From Octopus vulgaris (Eukaryota), in contig OX597816.1 in assembly GCA_951406725.2 (NCBI GenBank), positions 105,896,001 through 105,960,000 of the forward strand: a stretch of DNA of 64,000 nt, in the 5' to 3' direction. How positions within the stretch are numbered: position 1 is the stretch's first letter; every line of letters begins with the position of its first letter. The notes beneath the pieces were generated by a model, which ran no database searches, was not told the origin of the DNA, and saw nothing but the letters and a program-made list of their open reading frames with translations. This document shows, piece by piece, positions 1 to 12,434 of the stretch. Made by a program: the position numbers and the translations under genes.

Positions 1-1701
1 CTGGTTCATACCAGTCTCATTCTAACAATATGATTAATTTTTCTCAAGCCTCAGTCAACTCAGAAAAGCAATGATTCATCATGGATCAATTGCAATCAAA
101 TCACTACAGTCAGGATGTGTGCTAAATAATGTAAGTATTCTTGGTGAGTCATCCAGCAACACAACTTGTAGTGGTGGTGTATTTTGTTTACTGATAAATG
201 GAAAAAGAAAGAAAAAAATCAGCAAAGTATCATTAAAGTATGGTGAAAGAAATGTTAAAATTTCTATAAAAAACATAAAACAGAAAATTATATCTGGCAG
301 CAAGGGATTATATTTAATAGGGTTCTTATCTTCATAGATCCAAGTATTATCAACATTAGCTTTGTAGCTACTGTTGAAATTATTGCTATTCACTTGGTTA
401 TTACTCACACTTTCACTACTATTCATGCTATTATTATTCCTGTCACAGACAACTGCCACAAAATTACTAATTTATCTACTTTGTAGCTCCTAACAATATC
501 CTCTTCTCTACAATTTATAAATTACTTGAATTACTTTGTTACCATAAGTAGTTGTTGTTCTTGTCTAAATCCAGGTCACCCCTGATGGAGCAGACAATCA
601 AAAGCATTCCAACTTTGTCTATCCAGTCTTTTAAGAGGTCTTTTAACACCATTTTTTTCAAGGTGGTGTTATTTAAGGTATATTTGGCTGCTGATTCTAG
701 CAGAATGAGTGTCAACTTGGAGGTTTTCTTTGTGGCTTGTAACATGAATAAGGATTATATGTCTTTTATATCCTTCTCTTTCTTAAGGTGGTAGTTAGTC
801 AAAGTACATTTGACAGCTGATTCTAACAGAACAAGCAACCATGTTGAGGCTTTCTCATAGGCTTCTACATGATTATTGACAACCCCTTGATCCCCAGCGT
901 TTTGTTAATGTGCAATGTGAACTGTAAGTCCTTGTCAAAATTAATATGCAATTCCAGAAACTATCAGTAGAGTCAACTCTGTGAACTTTGTTAGTTAATT
1001 AACTAATATGACTCATTATCAGTAGCCAGAGGAAAATAGCCTGACTAACTTTCCCTACACACACACACATACACCTGTACAGGCACAATCATACATCAAC
1101 ACATACAAAACAGATGTCCATGCAAATAAACACACGTACACATAAATACTGCAAACACACATATACACGCACAAACACACATAAATTCACATAAACATAC
1201 ACACACATGTGAAGGGATTCATACTTATATTTCCTTCACCAGCTTAGATAATTTAGTTATAACTAGTTGGATATCTGTTGTCCAAAAGCCAATTAAAATA
1301 TATTATTTTATCTATCAGTGTGTCCATTAAATGAGATGTCAAATCGCTGACTTAATACAAGGCAATTTACTTCTTACTAAGTCACCAGTTCCAGCAGAAA
1401 ATTTACAGCCACATATTTACTTCACTAATATATTATCCTTTTATTCTTCTGGTGGTTTCAGTCATTGGATTGATGTCAGGCTGAAGCGCCTTCTTCAAAA
1501 GATTTTGCCGATTATACTGACCCCAGTACTTTCTCTGAAAATTGACTCGTCAACCTCGCAAAAGGATGAAAGGTAAAAATCAATCAAGCACAAAGAGTTG
1601 TAGTTGAGATAGATTAAAACTCCACAAGGTATCTTTGACGTCAGTAATTTTACTATACCATACCAATTTATATACACACACATATATATATGTATATATA
1701 A

Positions 1702-1733
<32 letters not shown>

Positions 1734-2097
1734 TGCATTTAAATATTTTTTTTAATTCATAGTGTTACCTGTATATATATATATATATATATATATACAT
1801 GCACACACAAAAACACACACATATATCTATGAGATGATTCCGTAATATGCACTGTGTGCTCACTAATTATATTAGGTCCCTATATTGTCACAAGAAAACA
1901 GAGATACATGTTCAGCCCTCTCACACTTAACGCAATTGAACATTGAGGATGTGAAAGCTGAAGGGAAGAACACATCAGCACGCAGCTGATACTCATTTTA
2001 GATGAGTAGAGATGGACAACATAAAATGAAGTGCTTTGCTCAAGACAACATGCTACTTAGTCCAGGAATTAAACACATGACTTTATGACTGTGTGCC

Positions 2098-2140
<43 letters not shown>

Positions 2141-2142
<2 letters not shown>

Positions 2143-2200
2143 TCTTTACTCTTTTACTTGTTTCAGTCATTTGACTGCAGCCATGCTGGAGCACCGCCTT
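2141..2200 (-). mobile_element. SINE 3' tail fragment (family 1)
   Basis: Reverse complement reads AAGGCGGTGCTCCAGCATGGCTGCAGTCAAATGACTGAAACAAGTAAAAGAGTAAAGAGT, the same tail as the fuller copies at 34180-34578 and 42968-43360; embedded in (TA)n. Confidence 0.8.
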
Positions 2201-2222
2201 ATATATATATATATATATATCT

Positions 2223-2398
2223 CATCATCATCATCATCATCATCATTTAACATCCGTTTTCCATGCTAGCATGGGTTGGACAGTTCGACTGAGGTCTCAG
2301 CCGTGATTCCTGATAGGCCGGAGTCTTTTCCTGGCTTCATACTCTTAATTACTTTATCTACCAGGGAGCTGTCTATTCGGATAGCTGGTCCCCTCTAC
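2223..2398 (-). mobile_element. RTE-clade LINE fragments: 3' tail with (ATG)n plus a short pre-RT coding piece
   Basis: (CAT)n + TTTAACATCCGTTTTCCATGCTAGCATGGGTTGGAC tail shared with 2607 and 9650; 2299-2398 translates on - as EGPAIRIDSSLVDKVIKSMKPGKDSGLSGITAE (the K-A-P-G-x-x-G-I-x-x-E motif ahead of LINE RT). Confidence 0.7.
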
Positions 2399-2481
2399 TG
2401 AAAAACAATTTTACATTAATCTGATGGATTTCTCTATACTATCATAGAGTACAAATTTATTATTCTTAAAGAATATAATTG

Positions 2482-2526
2482 ACAGTGACTTCAAAGTTTC
2501 AGCCAGTTGAGCCATCAAGAGACTGT
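2482..2526 (-). ncRNA. Degenerate type-I hammerhead ribozyme (family A)
   Basis: - strand: ACAGT CTCTTGA T GGC TCAACTG GCT GAAAC TTTGAA GTC ACTGT; stem I ACAGT/ACTGT perfect, GUC triplet present, core mutated (CTCTTGA vs CUGAUGA). Confidence 0.5.
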
Positions 2527-2532
2527 TGATGA

Positions 2533-2577
2533 CTTAACTGACAATAGCTTAATTGGCTGAAACTTCGAATTCACTAT
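2533..2577 (+). ncRNA. Degenerate type-I hammerhead ribozyme (family A, inverted copy)
   Basis: CTGACAA T AGC TTAATTG GCT GAAAC TTCGAA TTC ACTAT; palindromic stem III; core one base from CUGACGA; stem I 5' strand lost. Confidence 0.45.
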
Positions 2578-2606
2578 CAATAATATTCTTGTTTAAGAAT
2601 AATGTA

Positions 2607-4008
2607 CATCATCATCATCATTTAATGTCTATTGTTTATGCTGGCATGGGTTGGACAGTTTGACTGGGCTGGCATGCTGGAAGGCTGCACCAGACTTTTT
2701 AATGCCAACCACTCTGTGAGTGTATTGGGTGCTTTTATGTACCACTAGCACAGATGCCATTTGTGTGACACTGGGGTATGTTTACATGCTACCAGCACAT
2801 GTGCCAATTTACGTGACACCAGTATCTGCCATAACTGCAATTTTGCTCGGCTTGACAAGTCTTCTTCTCAAGCATGACATAATGCCAAAGGTCTTGGTAT
2901 TTGCCTCCATGAGGCCCAACATTCAAAAGGAACTCAGCCACTTTGCCTCTGTCACATAAAGATGTGCCACCAGCATGGGTGCACTTGACTTGATAGGTCC
3001 TCTCAAGCACAACACATCACCAAAGGTCTCAGTCACTAGTCACTGCATCTGTGAGGCTCAAAGTTCGATGATCATGCTCCCCCACCTTGTCCCACATCTT
3101 CCTGGGTCTACCTCTACCATAGGTTCCTTCCACAATTAGAGATCAACGCTTCTTTACACAGTTGTCCTCATCCATATGCATTACATGACCATACCAGTGC
3201 AGTTGTCTCCCTTGCTCACCATATCTGATTCCCTGTATGCCTAACTTTTCTCTCAAGATGCTTACACCATGTCAAACATGCACACTGACATTGTACATCC
3301 AGTGAAGCATACTGGCTTCATTTCTCTCAAGCCTATGCATGTCCTCAGCTGTTATAGCCCATGTTTCACTGCCATGTAGCATAGCTGTTCGCACACAGGC
3401 ACCAAACAATCTGCCTTTCACAGAGAGAGGCCCTTTGCTGCCAGCAGGAGTAGGAGCTCGCTGAACTTTACCCAGTCTAATCTTATTCTCACAGCTATGC
3501 TCTTGGAGCATCTACCTCTACTACTAACTTGGTCATCTAGATAACGGAATCTATCTACTTCCTCTAGCTTGTCCCCTGGCAGTTGATGGAGTCTATTTTC
3601 TGCTCATTTTGGTGCTTATTGTACCTGTGCACCTTCCACATACAAAAGATTCCCTGTTAAGATTCCTCTGATGTTGTTGCACCTTTTATGTGTCCAAAGA
3701 TTACACGGGGTGCATCTTATGGAGTTTCTACCTATACTTTTTCTACAGATTGAACAGAGCCATCTACCTGAAAGCATCTGTGATTTGTCTGCCTTCCTAC
3801 TGACTATGGCTTTGGTTTTTGCTAATTTAACTCTAAGGCCTTTTGATTCTAGATCTTGCTTCTATACCTGGAACTTCTTCTCTAGTTCAGCTATAAGAGC
3901 AAGGTCAGCTATAAAAGCTGGCCATCAAAGGAGCTCCCAGGAGCAGCCTGTCTTAAATTTCTCTGTTATTGCCTGGAGGACTATGATGAACAAGAGGGGG
4001 CTGAGCAC
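2607..4008 (-). mobile_element. 5'-truncated RTE-clade LINE (RT domains 4-7, C-terminus, 3' UTR, (ATG)n tail), pseudogenised
   Basis: - strand translation with stops/frameshifts: VLSPLLFIIVLQAITEKFKTGCSWELL...LESKGLRVKLAKTK ... KGRLFGACVRTAMLHGSETWAITAEDMHRLERNEASMLHWM ... WYGHVM ... GRGRPRKMWD; tail (CAT)n at 2607-2622. Confidence 0.9.
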
Positions 4009-4053
4009 CATATATATAAATATATATATATTATACACACACACACACACACA

Positions 4054-4266
4054 CGAGGGTGCTGAAAAGTTTCTTACTTTGGGTAAAGGAAAATACAAGA
4101 AGACCAGTTAATTATGGTTTTATTCCACATATTCACCTCTCAGATTTGCACACATTGCAGCAGTCCTTCAGTTTTTCTCAGCCCTGTAAAAGAACTTGGA
4201 AGGTTGGGTCTTCAGCCAAACTTTTCGTGATACCCTTAAAGCTAGGAACTTTTCAGCACCTCCTTG
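4054..4266. mobile_element. Tc1/mariner-type MITE (~213 bp)
   Basis: TIRs CGAGGGTGCTGAAAAGTTTCTTACTTT and AAAGCTAGGAACTTTTCAGCACCTCCTTG followed by TA; no coding capacity. Confidence 0.75.
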
Positions 4267-5705
4267 TATAAGCTAAAGGGACTACTCAATCTTTCTCTCT
4301 CTCCCTCTCTCTTTCTTTCTTTCTTTCTGTAGACAAACAGCTGACAGAGACAGACAAACAGGCAGATATGCAGACAGACAGACTGACAAATACAATAGAC
4401 TGTCACATATTTTCTTTTTGTCAAATTTCCCTTAGAAGGTATTGGTCGACTCGGACTGTGGTAAAAGTTATTTATTAAAGATACCAAGCAGTGAGATCAA
4501 TCACCTGGAGTCATGTGGTTGTAAACAAATTACCACCAAACCTATATATATTATATTTCTTTTGTTATAAAAAGCTCAATACCTTACATAACTAAATTCA
4601 CACCAATCCAAGATAAAAATTAAATTCACATTTCCAAGTTCAATCAAATATGTACCAGTAATATACTAAAGTCAAATCAACTGCTATAACCAGTTCCTCC
4701 ACTAAAAAATTTAACAAGTTGGTTTGAAGCATAATGAAAAAAATACACACACGTATGCATACATGCACACACACATGTGCACACACTCACACACATACAC
4801 AAAAGGTTCCAGATCATGCACCTCAGTATAACTCATTATAAATACAATGCATCAGTTATGCTTTGGCAATGGAAGAAATGCAATTATGTCTTATTGCAGA
4901 CACCAGAAAATTCATTTTTAAAAACTTAACTGAATTGTCAACAGGGAAAATATGACATAATAGCCACGAAGAAGTATAGTGGAAGTATGGCAATGCCCAA
5001 CTCAAGAGAACAATTTAAATCAACTAAGGAAAATATAGTAACTAATAAATTAACCAATAAAAACAATAAACAATTTAGAGATACTAGACCCAAATAATAT
5101 AACAGACTCACAACCAAAATATTAGAATTACAAAATTTATCAACACCACATAGAACCACCAGCAGGTCCAGATAACAGGTACAAATAACATAACAGATTA
5201 ATGAAATTTAGTGACATCAGACAGAGCACTCTCAAATACACAAACACATTAAGTCAATAGAGACAATCTCCCTCAAAGTCAATACAGACATAAACAGAGT
5301 AATTTGACCAGACTGGATACAATAACAAAACTAACAGAGACAAAGTATCTAATGTATTGGTCAAAAGAAAATACAAAAACCACCCTCAATGAATTAACCA
5401 ATGAAAACAAAGAATGATCCAGAGAAACCAAATATTAAAATGAAATTGATTGATAGAAACAAAACAACCAACAAATTAGCTAATGAAAAGCAACATTAGG
5501 ATAACAATCTAAATATTTAAAAACTAGCCAATGAAAATGATAGCCATACAGAAGAGTGAGCCTGCTTGTATATAAAATGGACTAAAAGTATATAAAAAAA
5601 AAGAATAAAGCACTCACCTGAAAGATTGCAAATGCATGAAACTTGAGTCACAAGAATAAGAATTAGGTTTAAATATATTATATGTATGTGTATGTATGAA
5701 TACAT

Positions 5706-5708
<3 letters not shown>

Positions 5709-5780
<72 letters not shown>
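5709..5780. repeat. (TG)n microsatellite, ~36 units
   Basis: Perfect dinucleotide run; one of dozens of (TA)n, (TG)n, (CAT)n and (ATT)n tracts in the window. Confidence 0.95.
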
Positions 5781-5783
<3 letters not shown>

Positions 5784-6100
5784 CTATAAATGTGTGTGTG
5801 TTTGTGTACATGTAGGATACTTAAATTCAGAAATCTCAGTTCACCTCGCTAAGAAGAATATGTACAAGAATTCTGAATTCTTGGAATATCATACATAGCA
5901 GATAGTTCACTTTATAAGACAACTAGCAGAGATACCCGGCATTGCCCAGTTACATTCAATAGAAGAATTAGACTTTTCTGTTATATATATATATGGATAC
6001 ACACACACACAAATATATGTATGTTAATATAAATACATGAAAGTACATGAAGTTTGTTAAAAAAAAAGGGGATCATGTATATACCTCCTGGCTGTTGAGA

Positions 6101-7680
6101 TTATAACACCTTGTTGTAAATAATGTTCCTTGTTTTTCCTTGTGGAGCATATACAAAAAGGTTTCTTTTGGTTCCTACTCTTGAGCAGCCAACATACAGA
6201 GAAGCAGGGCTCTTCCAAGAGAAGACCTGCTACAGAGAGAGTTTGACCCTGAGATTTGTTAATGGACATGGCAAAGCTGACACGAAGGGGGAATTGCAGT
6301 CTTCTGAATGTAAATGGAATTTCTGCTCCTGATGGAGTTAGAGGAAATCTTGGAATAAAGACGGCATCACCTTTTCCACATCTAGAAAGAATGATCGCCT
6401 CGATAACGTGTGATATCATTTTCTTTATCACCAGTCGTGTTCCATTGCAAAGTCTTGGTTCCAGATTGCAGAGTAGCATTACAGGAGTTCCAACTTTAAG
6501 TGGTAATATGTGTGGAGATAGTCGAGGAGGCTCCAGTAAATTGAGAAATTCAGGAGGATAGTTCACAACTTCATTTATATCCGGAATTGTATCAACAGAC
6601 TTGTAAGTGTGTATAGTGCCAGGAAGAGAATGCATTAGCTGTTGATTAATTTTGTTAACAGCGACGTTTTTTGGAGCTAATATTGCTCTTTCACACAGCC
6701 AATTGTGATTTTGGTAGTTTTGTGTGAAGTTGGGAAAGACTTTGTTTTTGAGGTCATCTACAGAATTAACAACAGAGGAAAATGACCACACTTCCATTTG
6801 TCCTGCAGCATCGAGAGGCATCTTGCCTTCACCAAGTGTCAAAATGTCCTGTGCAAACTTTGTGGACGTTTTGTCGCCATGTAGCTGAGCTCTCATGTTA
6901 GTGGTGAGTCTAAAGATTGTAACATGATGCCACAGGGTAGAGGACTTTAGGCATGCTTGAACTTCATTAGCTCTAGTGCCTTTCGAAATGACAGGAAGAG
7001 TTTGCCCGAAATCACCTAACAACAGAAGCGTTACACCTCCCATTGGAGCCTGACATCTCGGATGTCTTTCAGGGCTCTTTCTAATGCTTCCAAAGCTCCC
7101 TTGTGAGCCATAGTGCACTCATCCCAGACAATTACATAACACATTTTAAGTACTTGTCCCTGATCTGAGCTTTTGTTGATGTTGCATGAAGGCATTTCGG
7201 ATGCTGCTAAATTGAGAGGGAGTTTAAAAGTTGAGTGTGCTGTCCTGCCACTGGGTAACAAAGTAGCTGCAATGCCAGAGGAGGCTACAGCTACTGCAAT
7301 GTCCTGATGCTACCTAACTTCTGCAAGGAGAAGCTTTGTAATAAATGTTTTTCCTGTCCCTCCAGGCTAATCGAGGAAGAAGATTTGTCCCTCGCGTTGG
7401 CGTACACTGTTAAGAATAGTTCTGTAGGCCTGCAGCTGGTCCGGAAGTAATTTAGGCTCATTTTCAACAATGTACTTTGAAAGCACTTGAGTGTTGTAGG
7501 TTGTTTCACGAATGACAGCAGTGGGAAGGCTATTTGACCCTGACCTGAATGCTTGTGGCAGGCCATACGTCGACAATTCATTTCCACCCAGTTTAGCAAT
7601 TCTATCTTCAACGTCAATGAATGTTTTGTTATAGATTTCATTGCTGATACCCTCCATGTCAGGATAGAGCAGTTGAGCTT
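6101..7680 (-). pseudogene. Helitron RepHel PIF1-family helicase domain (frameshifted; Rep/HUH domain absent)
   Basis: Motifs across frames: QIFFLD..GGTGKTF, LPSGRTAHSTFKLPL, IVWDECTMAHK, MGGVTLLLLGDFGQTLPVI, ERAILAPKN, LKVGTPVMLL.NL..RLCNGTRL, RRLQFPLRVSFAMSINKSQGQTL, VGCSRVG. Confidence 0.92.
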
Positions 7681-7834
7681 GGCACTGAAGGGGACAATAT
7701 TTTTGAGATTCCGGTTCGAATGTAAGGCAGGTTTGAAAGTGTTCCCAACAGTTATTAGTTGTAGTGGTAGAGTGTTTCTGCCGAATATGTATGTATGCAT
7801 GTATATATATATGTATGTATGTATGCCTGTATAT

Positions 7835-7972
7835 ATGTACCAAATCCACTGAGAAGGCTTTTGTTGGTCTGAAGCTACAGCAGAAGACACATGCCAAGTC
7901 ACCACACAGTGGAACTGAACCCAGGACCATGTGTTTGGAACGTAGTTTGTTACCACACAGCTACACCTGCCC
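7835..7972 (-). mobile_element. tRNA-derived SINE 5' half (family 1) inserted in the Helitron
   Basis: - strand GCAGGTGTAGCTGTGTGGTAA...CCTGGGTTCAGTTCCACTGTGTGG (A/B-box-like head) ...GTGGATTTGGTA, matching 34180-34320. Confidence 0.8.
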
Positions 7973-7975
7973 CTA

Positions 7976-8010
<35 letters not shown>

Positions 8011-9495
8011 ATATGTGTGTATGGGTAGATATATTATGCAAGTATATATGTGTACATATTACATGTACATCTATATATATATATACATCTACACATAAAA
8101 TACAAAATACAAAGTTATATCTTGATATCGCTAGTGATAACAATACTCAAAATATATAACAGATTGAAATTGTAGGCCCATCTCTTGCAATTTCGATCAA
8201 TTGGATCTTGCCCTCCCTCTTGTATAGAAGTGTACAGCTGCAGCGAAATTCATTTTTGGACTTTCTTTTATCAAAGGCATTTTAACAAAAATGCTTCCGT
8301 AAAGACGGTGAAAATATTGTCAATTTCCCCAAACAGGGACACAATTCAATTTTTAAACAATAACCAAAGCCCCTTCTCCGAAAGGGGAGGGTTACAGTTT
8401 ACAATTATTTAACAAATGCAACACAACAACGTTTCCCTGACGAGGAACCAACAAACGTGATTACAATAGTCAAACAGTAATAATAATAACAACAAACCTT
8501 TTTAATTTATCCCCATTTATGTGAAACCACTTATTCAAGTTCAAGTCATTGACGCAATTTTATACGAATTGCTAATACACACACACACACAATAAGAGTG
8601 AAAAATTGAATATTAATTTGATTAATATGAATTGAAAACCAGTGGTGTAGCATATAAGACCATAGTGGATCTTCCTCTAGCAAAAAGGATGACCACTATT
8701 AATGGCTCATCCCTGTTATATAATACTTTCACTTTAATAGTTTCATACTTGCAAAGAGAAAGTAGGAGAAAGTGTGGTGGTAATAACAGGAGTAAACCAC
8801 TTGAAATGAGAGAGGCAAATTGTAAAATATTGAGTTTTCTCGAATTTTTGCTTAATTGGGGGTCAAATTGAAAAAAACTTTATATGCCATGACCCAATCG
8901 AATCTACTTCGAAAAATCATAGGTAAATTCCAACTGAAGAAATTCTATATTGTAGAATTGTATTAAAAAGGAACATGGGAACATTCAGAGAAAATCTGCC
9001 TTTTATCATAAGAGATACTCATCCAATTGCAACTACAATATCAGAAGCTATATATCTTCACAAGTATCTCTTGCAAGAGAAATCATATACATTCTAGGTA
9101 TCCTTTGTTTAGTTGAATATATCTAGGTAGTAAAACTGCTTAAGATAGCCAAGGAGGTGTATTTACAAACTTGCTGTAATTTGCAGCCAAATCTCTCCCA
9201 AATCCTAACCTAAGAGTTACAAATACACTATGTCAAAAAGAAAAAAAAGTAAACAGAATTGTTGTGGCTGGAAAGTATTTCATTATAGGTTTGTTCAATC
9301 AGGGATGGCCCGGGGTTAAATAACAACAATGGGGAACATATAATTGAAACAGAACAGAAAATCTTTATCAACACAGATTTCATTTCCAAAGAAATTTAAC
9401 AAACAAGCAGCATCTGTTGTTTTTAGATAATTGATTCATACTAAGAATAGATTTTGAATACAGTATTTAAAATATAGTATCCATAAATGTATACA

Positions 9496-9544
<49 letters not shown>

Positions 9545-9612
9545 ACATATATACAAATATACATTTATATACATAATCACATATCTGTATACATACACAC
9601 ATACAACAAATG

Positions 9613-9649
<37 letters not shown>

Positions 9650-9651
<2 letters not shown>

Positions 9652-10262
9652 CATCATCATCATCATCATCATTGTTTAACGTCCGTTCTCCATGCTAGCA
9701 TGGGTTGGACGGTTCGACCGGGGATCTGGGAAGCCAGAAGGCTGCACCAGGCTCCGGTCTTATCTGGCAACGTTTCTACAGCTGGATGCCCTTCCTAACG
9801 CCAACCACTCCGTGAGTGTAGTGGGTGCTTTTTACGTGCCACCGACACGGAAGCCACAATTGGCCACAATTCGGATAGTGCTTTTTACGTACCTCCAGTC
9901 CCAGGGCCCTGGCATCTGCCGGGTGCTAGTCATAGGATTGGTTCAATTTCGATTCCGATTTCGATTTCACTTGCCCCAACAGGTCTTCGCAAGCAAGGGG
10001 GGTTGCCAAAGGTGCCTATCGTCGGATGAGGTTCGATGTCGACTTCACTTGCCTCAACAGGTCTTTGTGTGTCCAAGGGGGGAAAGGCATGCATAAGTGG
10101 GCTGGACTCACTTGTCCTGCCTGGTCTTCTCACGCACAGCATATTTCCAAAGGTCTCGGTCGCTGGTCATTTCCTCAGTGAGACCCAAGGTTTGAAGATC
10201 ATGCTTCACCACCTCGTCCCAGGTTTTCCTGGGTCTACCTCTTCCACAGCTTCCCTCAACTG
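9650..10262 (-). mobile_element. RTE-clade LINE 3' end (CpG-rich, probably younger copy)
   Basis: AVEGSCGRGRPRKTWDEVVKHDLQTLGLTEEMTSDRDLWKYAVREKTRQDK* then 3' UTR and (ATG)n tail; homologous to 2607-3140. Confidence 0.9.
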
Positions 10263-10295
<33 letters not shown>

Positions 10296-10297
<2 letters not shown>

Positions 10298-10440
10298 TGA
10301 GATGAAGTGGTGAGGACCAATCTTGGGTTGTTAGGGCTCATGGAGAAAATGACAATGGACTGAGATATGTGGCACTGTAATGTTCTAGAGAAGACCCGCT
10401 CACATCAGAACAGCTGAGTGGTAGAAGCATTGTGTCCCAC
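10296..10440 (+). mobile_element. RTE LINE C-terminal fragment (opposite orientation)
   Basis: DEVVRTNLGLLGLMEKMTMD*DMWHCNVLEKTR aligns with the 10108-10262 peptide. Confidence 0.6.
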
Positions 10441-12390
10441 CCAAACTGCATCTTTTCTCTTCCTCACATTTTTCTTCATACACTATGATTTTCTCCCACC
10501 TCCCATCCCTGCTCTGCTCACTGTATCGCAACTTTCCTCATCACTCTTTCTCACCAGTCACTGTAATCTCCACCCCCACTCCCTACTCGCACCTTCTTGG
10601 CAGTACCTGGCACATATATCACATCCCAGACTGAGAGCTAACCCTGGCAATTGCCACCATTTCTCTCTCTCTCTTCCTTACTCTACCATCCCATCTATGC
10701 TCTGTGAGTATACCATTTTTTGTGAGTATACCGTGACACTTCATCATTATTTCTCTCCTGGTCTCTCTTGTATCTTGCTGTCTTCCACTCTTTTTCTCTC
10801 TCACTCTTTCTCGCTCTCACTCTTTCTCTCCCTCTCTTTTTCTCCCTCTCTTGGCTGAGTAACTATATACAGAGCTTATATTATTAGACTTTGCACATGT
10901 ATTGAGTCCTTTATTTAATCAAATTTTGTTGTTTTGCACACATAATGACTAACTTTTATGTGCATGCATGTGTGCATGTGCATGCATGTGTGCATGCACA
11001 TGCACGCACACACACATACATATAACAAGCCCTTCATATATTTTAACATGCACATACACATATAATGATTGCTTCATCTTGTCAGATGACAGACATTTCA
11101 CTATTCATAAAATTAGGTGATGAGACAACTATACATCAATGGATTAGAGTGATATATGTTGTGTTGGATTATAGTGACATCTATGACACCTGTCACTCTC
11201 TAAATCTCCATCATGAAATATCCAGTGACAAGCAAGAGCAAGATTACCAGAAACATTTTCAAAAACACATTTTTCACAGAGAACCTTTCTCCCAGACTTT
11301 TCCAATAAAAGTACAAAAGTCAGTAGGAGTTTGATTTTTTCTTTTAGTCTTCTTTCTCCAAGTGGTTTTATTATGTACCTAACCACAAAACTGGGTATTT
11401 TTATACCCCAATGCAATATATATGTATAGGTAGATATAGTAAGGTTTTCTTGTAAGTCTTCCATCTCATAGAGAATCTGTGAGCCAAAACTAAAGAACTA
11501 CTATCTGCCCATGAGTTGAGTTAATCCACATCAGACACCAACCTAGCATTTATTCCTAGAAAAACATATAGAAACAATTCTCTAGATTGAACTATCTATA
11601 ATACTCATTATTTTCTTCTTTAACATTTCTAAATCACACTTGTTTACAAATGAGAAGCTGCTTTGTGTATTTTTATCTCTTTATAACAATTAATGCTGTT
11701 TTTTAATTTCTTTTTCTACGTTTTTCTTTTTCTTTTTGTGGACGTTTTAAAAATATACTTTTATTTTCTTAACTTAGATAAAGAATTGTAATAACATGTA
11801 TGAAGTCTTCAAATAGCTCCCATTTAAACTCTTTCAGTTCCATTACTATTTGCATGGGAATTATTCAGTGAGTTTGAAGTATTTCATTTCAATTGTGTAA
11901 AGAAACAAAGCATTGGTTCATTATAAAATAATATACTTCACATGGTGAGTGGATTGTGGGCAAAACACTTTTTCATTATTCTGTCATATCCCTTTATGTC
12001 TCAAGTTCAAATCCCATCAAATTTTATAAATTCTGCCTTTCATCCTTCCAAGGTTGACTGACGAATTATGAATTGATAAAATAAGTGTTAAAGGGATGTG
12101 ATTGACAATACCCTAGAAGGCAGCACCCCATCATAGATACAGTTCAATGAGTGAAACTATGAAAGAGTATAAAGAATATAATCAGTTAGCTCACACTTTG
12201 CATAATGCATGCAATGCATTGTGAGAAACTTGCATATTTTTGTATTATTGATCGACTGTGCCTTTCGTCCTTTTAAGGGGCAATAAAATAAGTTTCATTT
12301 GAGCAATGGGGTTGACGTAACAGACTTGCCTCTCCCACTGAAATTGGCGGCCTTGTACCAAAATTTCTAATCATAATTATAATTATTAAG

Positions 12391-12432
<42 letters not shown>

Positions 12433-12434
<2 letters not shown>

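Larger units (their letters stand above)
2416..2607. mobile_element. Penelope-like pLTR remnant in inverted arrangement with two hammerhead motifs (family A)
   Basis: 2461-2512 and 2548-2601 are inverted repeats; 2416-2520 is homologous to 60015-60125; each arm carries a CUGANGA-like/GAAAC/GUC-like hammerhead skeleton. Confidence 0.6.
5923..9015 (-). mobile_element. Helitron, internally deleted, both termini present
   Basis: - strand starts A|TCTCTTATGATAAAAGGC (9015) and ends with hairpin CTGGGCAATGCCGGG then CTAG|T (5923); A-T target site; contains PIF1 helicase coding remnant. Confidence 0.88.

Noticed and set aside
4938-5560. A-rich Asn/Lys/Thr-biased stretch resembling a LINE ORF1
   Set aside because: Multiple stops in all frames and no diagnostic motif.
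5614-5898. ORFs with HTHT/VCVC/YIYI runs (also 13548-13947, 48968-49329, 60145-61569)
   Set aside because: Translations of (CA)n/(TG)n/(TA)n microsatellites; not genes.
6057-7118. 353-aa ORF as a host PIF1 gene
   Set aside because: Intronless, frameshifted at both ends and enclosed by Helitron termini.
8438-8460. CTGACGAGG motif in the Helitron 5' region
   Set aside because: No GAAA core and no stems I/III.
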